A DNA stretch of 64,000 nucleotides, taken from positions 186,667 to 250,666 of the forward strand of contig JACKOW010000005.1 of NCBI GenBank assembly GCA_024234055.1, given 5' to 3'. Made by a program: the position numbers and the translations under genes. Below are positions 63,684-64,000 of this stretch, one piece after another. This DNA comes from Rhodanobacteraceae bacterium (GTDB lineage Bacteria; Pseudomonadota; Gammaproteobacteria; Xanthomonadales; SZUA-5). The notes under the pieces were generated by a model, which had not been told where the DNA came from, searched no databases, and worked only from the letters and a program-made list of their open reading frames with translations. Positions within the stretch are counted from its first letter, which is position 1, and each line of letters starts with the position of its first letter.

Positions 63684-63995
63684 ATCAACGGCTTGCGATA
63701 TGGGTTCATGGAGAGCCCCGCGAAGCAATCCAGACGCAGAGTCTCAAAACCTTGAGTGCTTCGTCGCTGTGCTCCTCTCCATGAGCCGCATTCCAGCGCC
63801 GCGCACCGGGGGATTCGGGTCGCTGCTGTGGAGGGCGCCGCGCTGTGGTGCCGCTTTGCGCTAAGCGGAGATCAAGAGCGGCCGCGCAGGCGCGCGTCCC
63901 TCCTCAAGGCCGTTTCGTACCTGCCAGGGTTCTCTGTGCGCAGTGTCGGGCCGATACACGCGGCTCTCCATGAACCCATATCGCAAGTTGTTGAT
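63684..63995. mobile_element. MITE-like element (~312 bp) with ~34-bp terminal inverted repeats (right end close to window edge)
   Basis: ATCAACGGCTTGCGATATGGGTTCATGGAGAGCC (63684-63717) versus GGCTCTCCATGAACCCATATCGCAAGTTGTTGAT (63962-63995). The arms are complementary except for 2 positions. A solo end, including the extra CTGGATTGCTTCGC, lies at 28501..28550. Confidence 0.6.
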
Positions 63996-64000
63996 GCGTC

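Overview
High-GC chromosomal segment from a Gram-negative bacterium. It is probably a Xanthomonadales/Lysobacterales-type gammaproteobacterium; this is an inference from a WxcM-type bifunctional gene, an ADOP-type orphan permease, an IPTL-type sorting motif and the thiG-trmB and anmK-M23 arrangements. I can support about 50 protein-coding genes. Most are housekeeping or envelope functions: malic enzyme (truncated at the window edge), cysS, priA, ilvE, thiG, trmB, anmK, an M23 peptidase, a ferredoxin-NADP reductase, two two-component pairs, and transporters of the CPA2, SLC13, MATE, TSUP and FtsX types. I found no rRNA, tRNA, CRISPR array, integrase, transposase or prophage core genes.

Three blocks stand out:
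- 12.2-17.2 kb: a five-gene, translationally coupled module for a 3-acetamido-3,6-dideoxyhexose made and transferred by a lipid-carrier (Gtr-like) route. It resembles Xanthomonas wxcK-O.
- 17.3-19.5 kb: a secreted Endonuclease-I nuclease carrying Ig-like domains.
- 50.9-61.4 kb (top candidate for an undescribed system): a roughly 2,800-aa Sec-dependent surface giant followed in tight operon order by three paralogous stand-alone phage-tail-collar-domain proteins, with a small convergent ORF. The giant contains cadherin-like repeats, eight Big_5 Ig repeats and about 850 aa of beta-helix. It also has an IPTL-CTERM-like sorting signal embedded about 170 aa from its N-terminus rather than at the C-terminus. 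No other phage genes are nearby.

Other second-look items are a RecA2-only degenerate DEAD-box-like protein, a Rieske gene with an apparent compensated double frameshift across its CxxH motif, two long G-rich heptanucleotide microsatellites ((GGGGCAC)~13 and (GGGACTC)~14), two MITE-like elements, and at least six dispersed REP/hairpin families that fill almost every larger intergenic gap. All calls rest on reading the supplied ORF translations and the DNA by eye. No database search was run.
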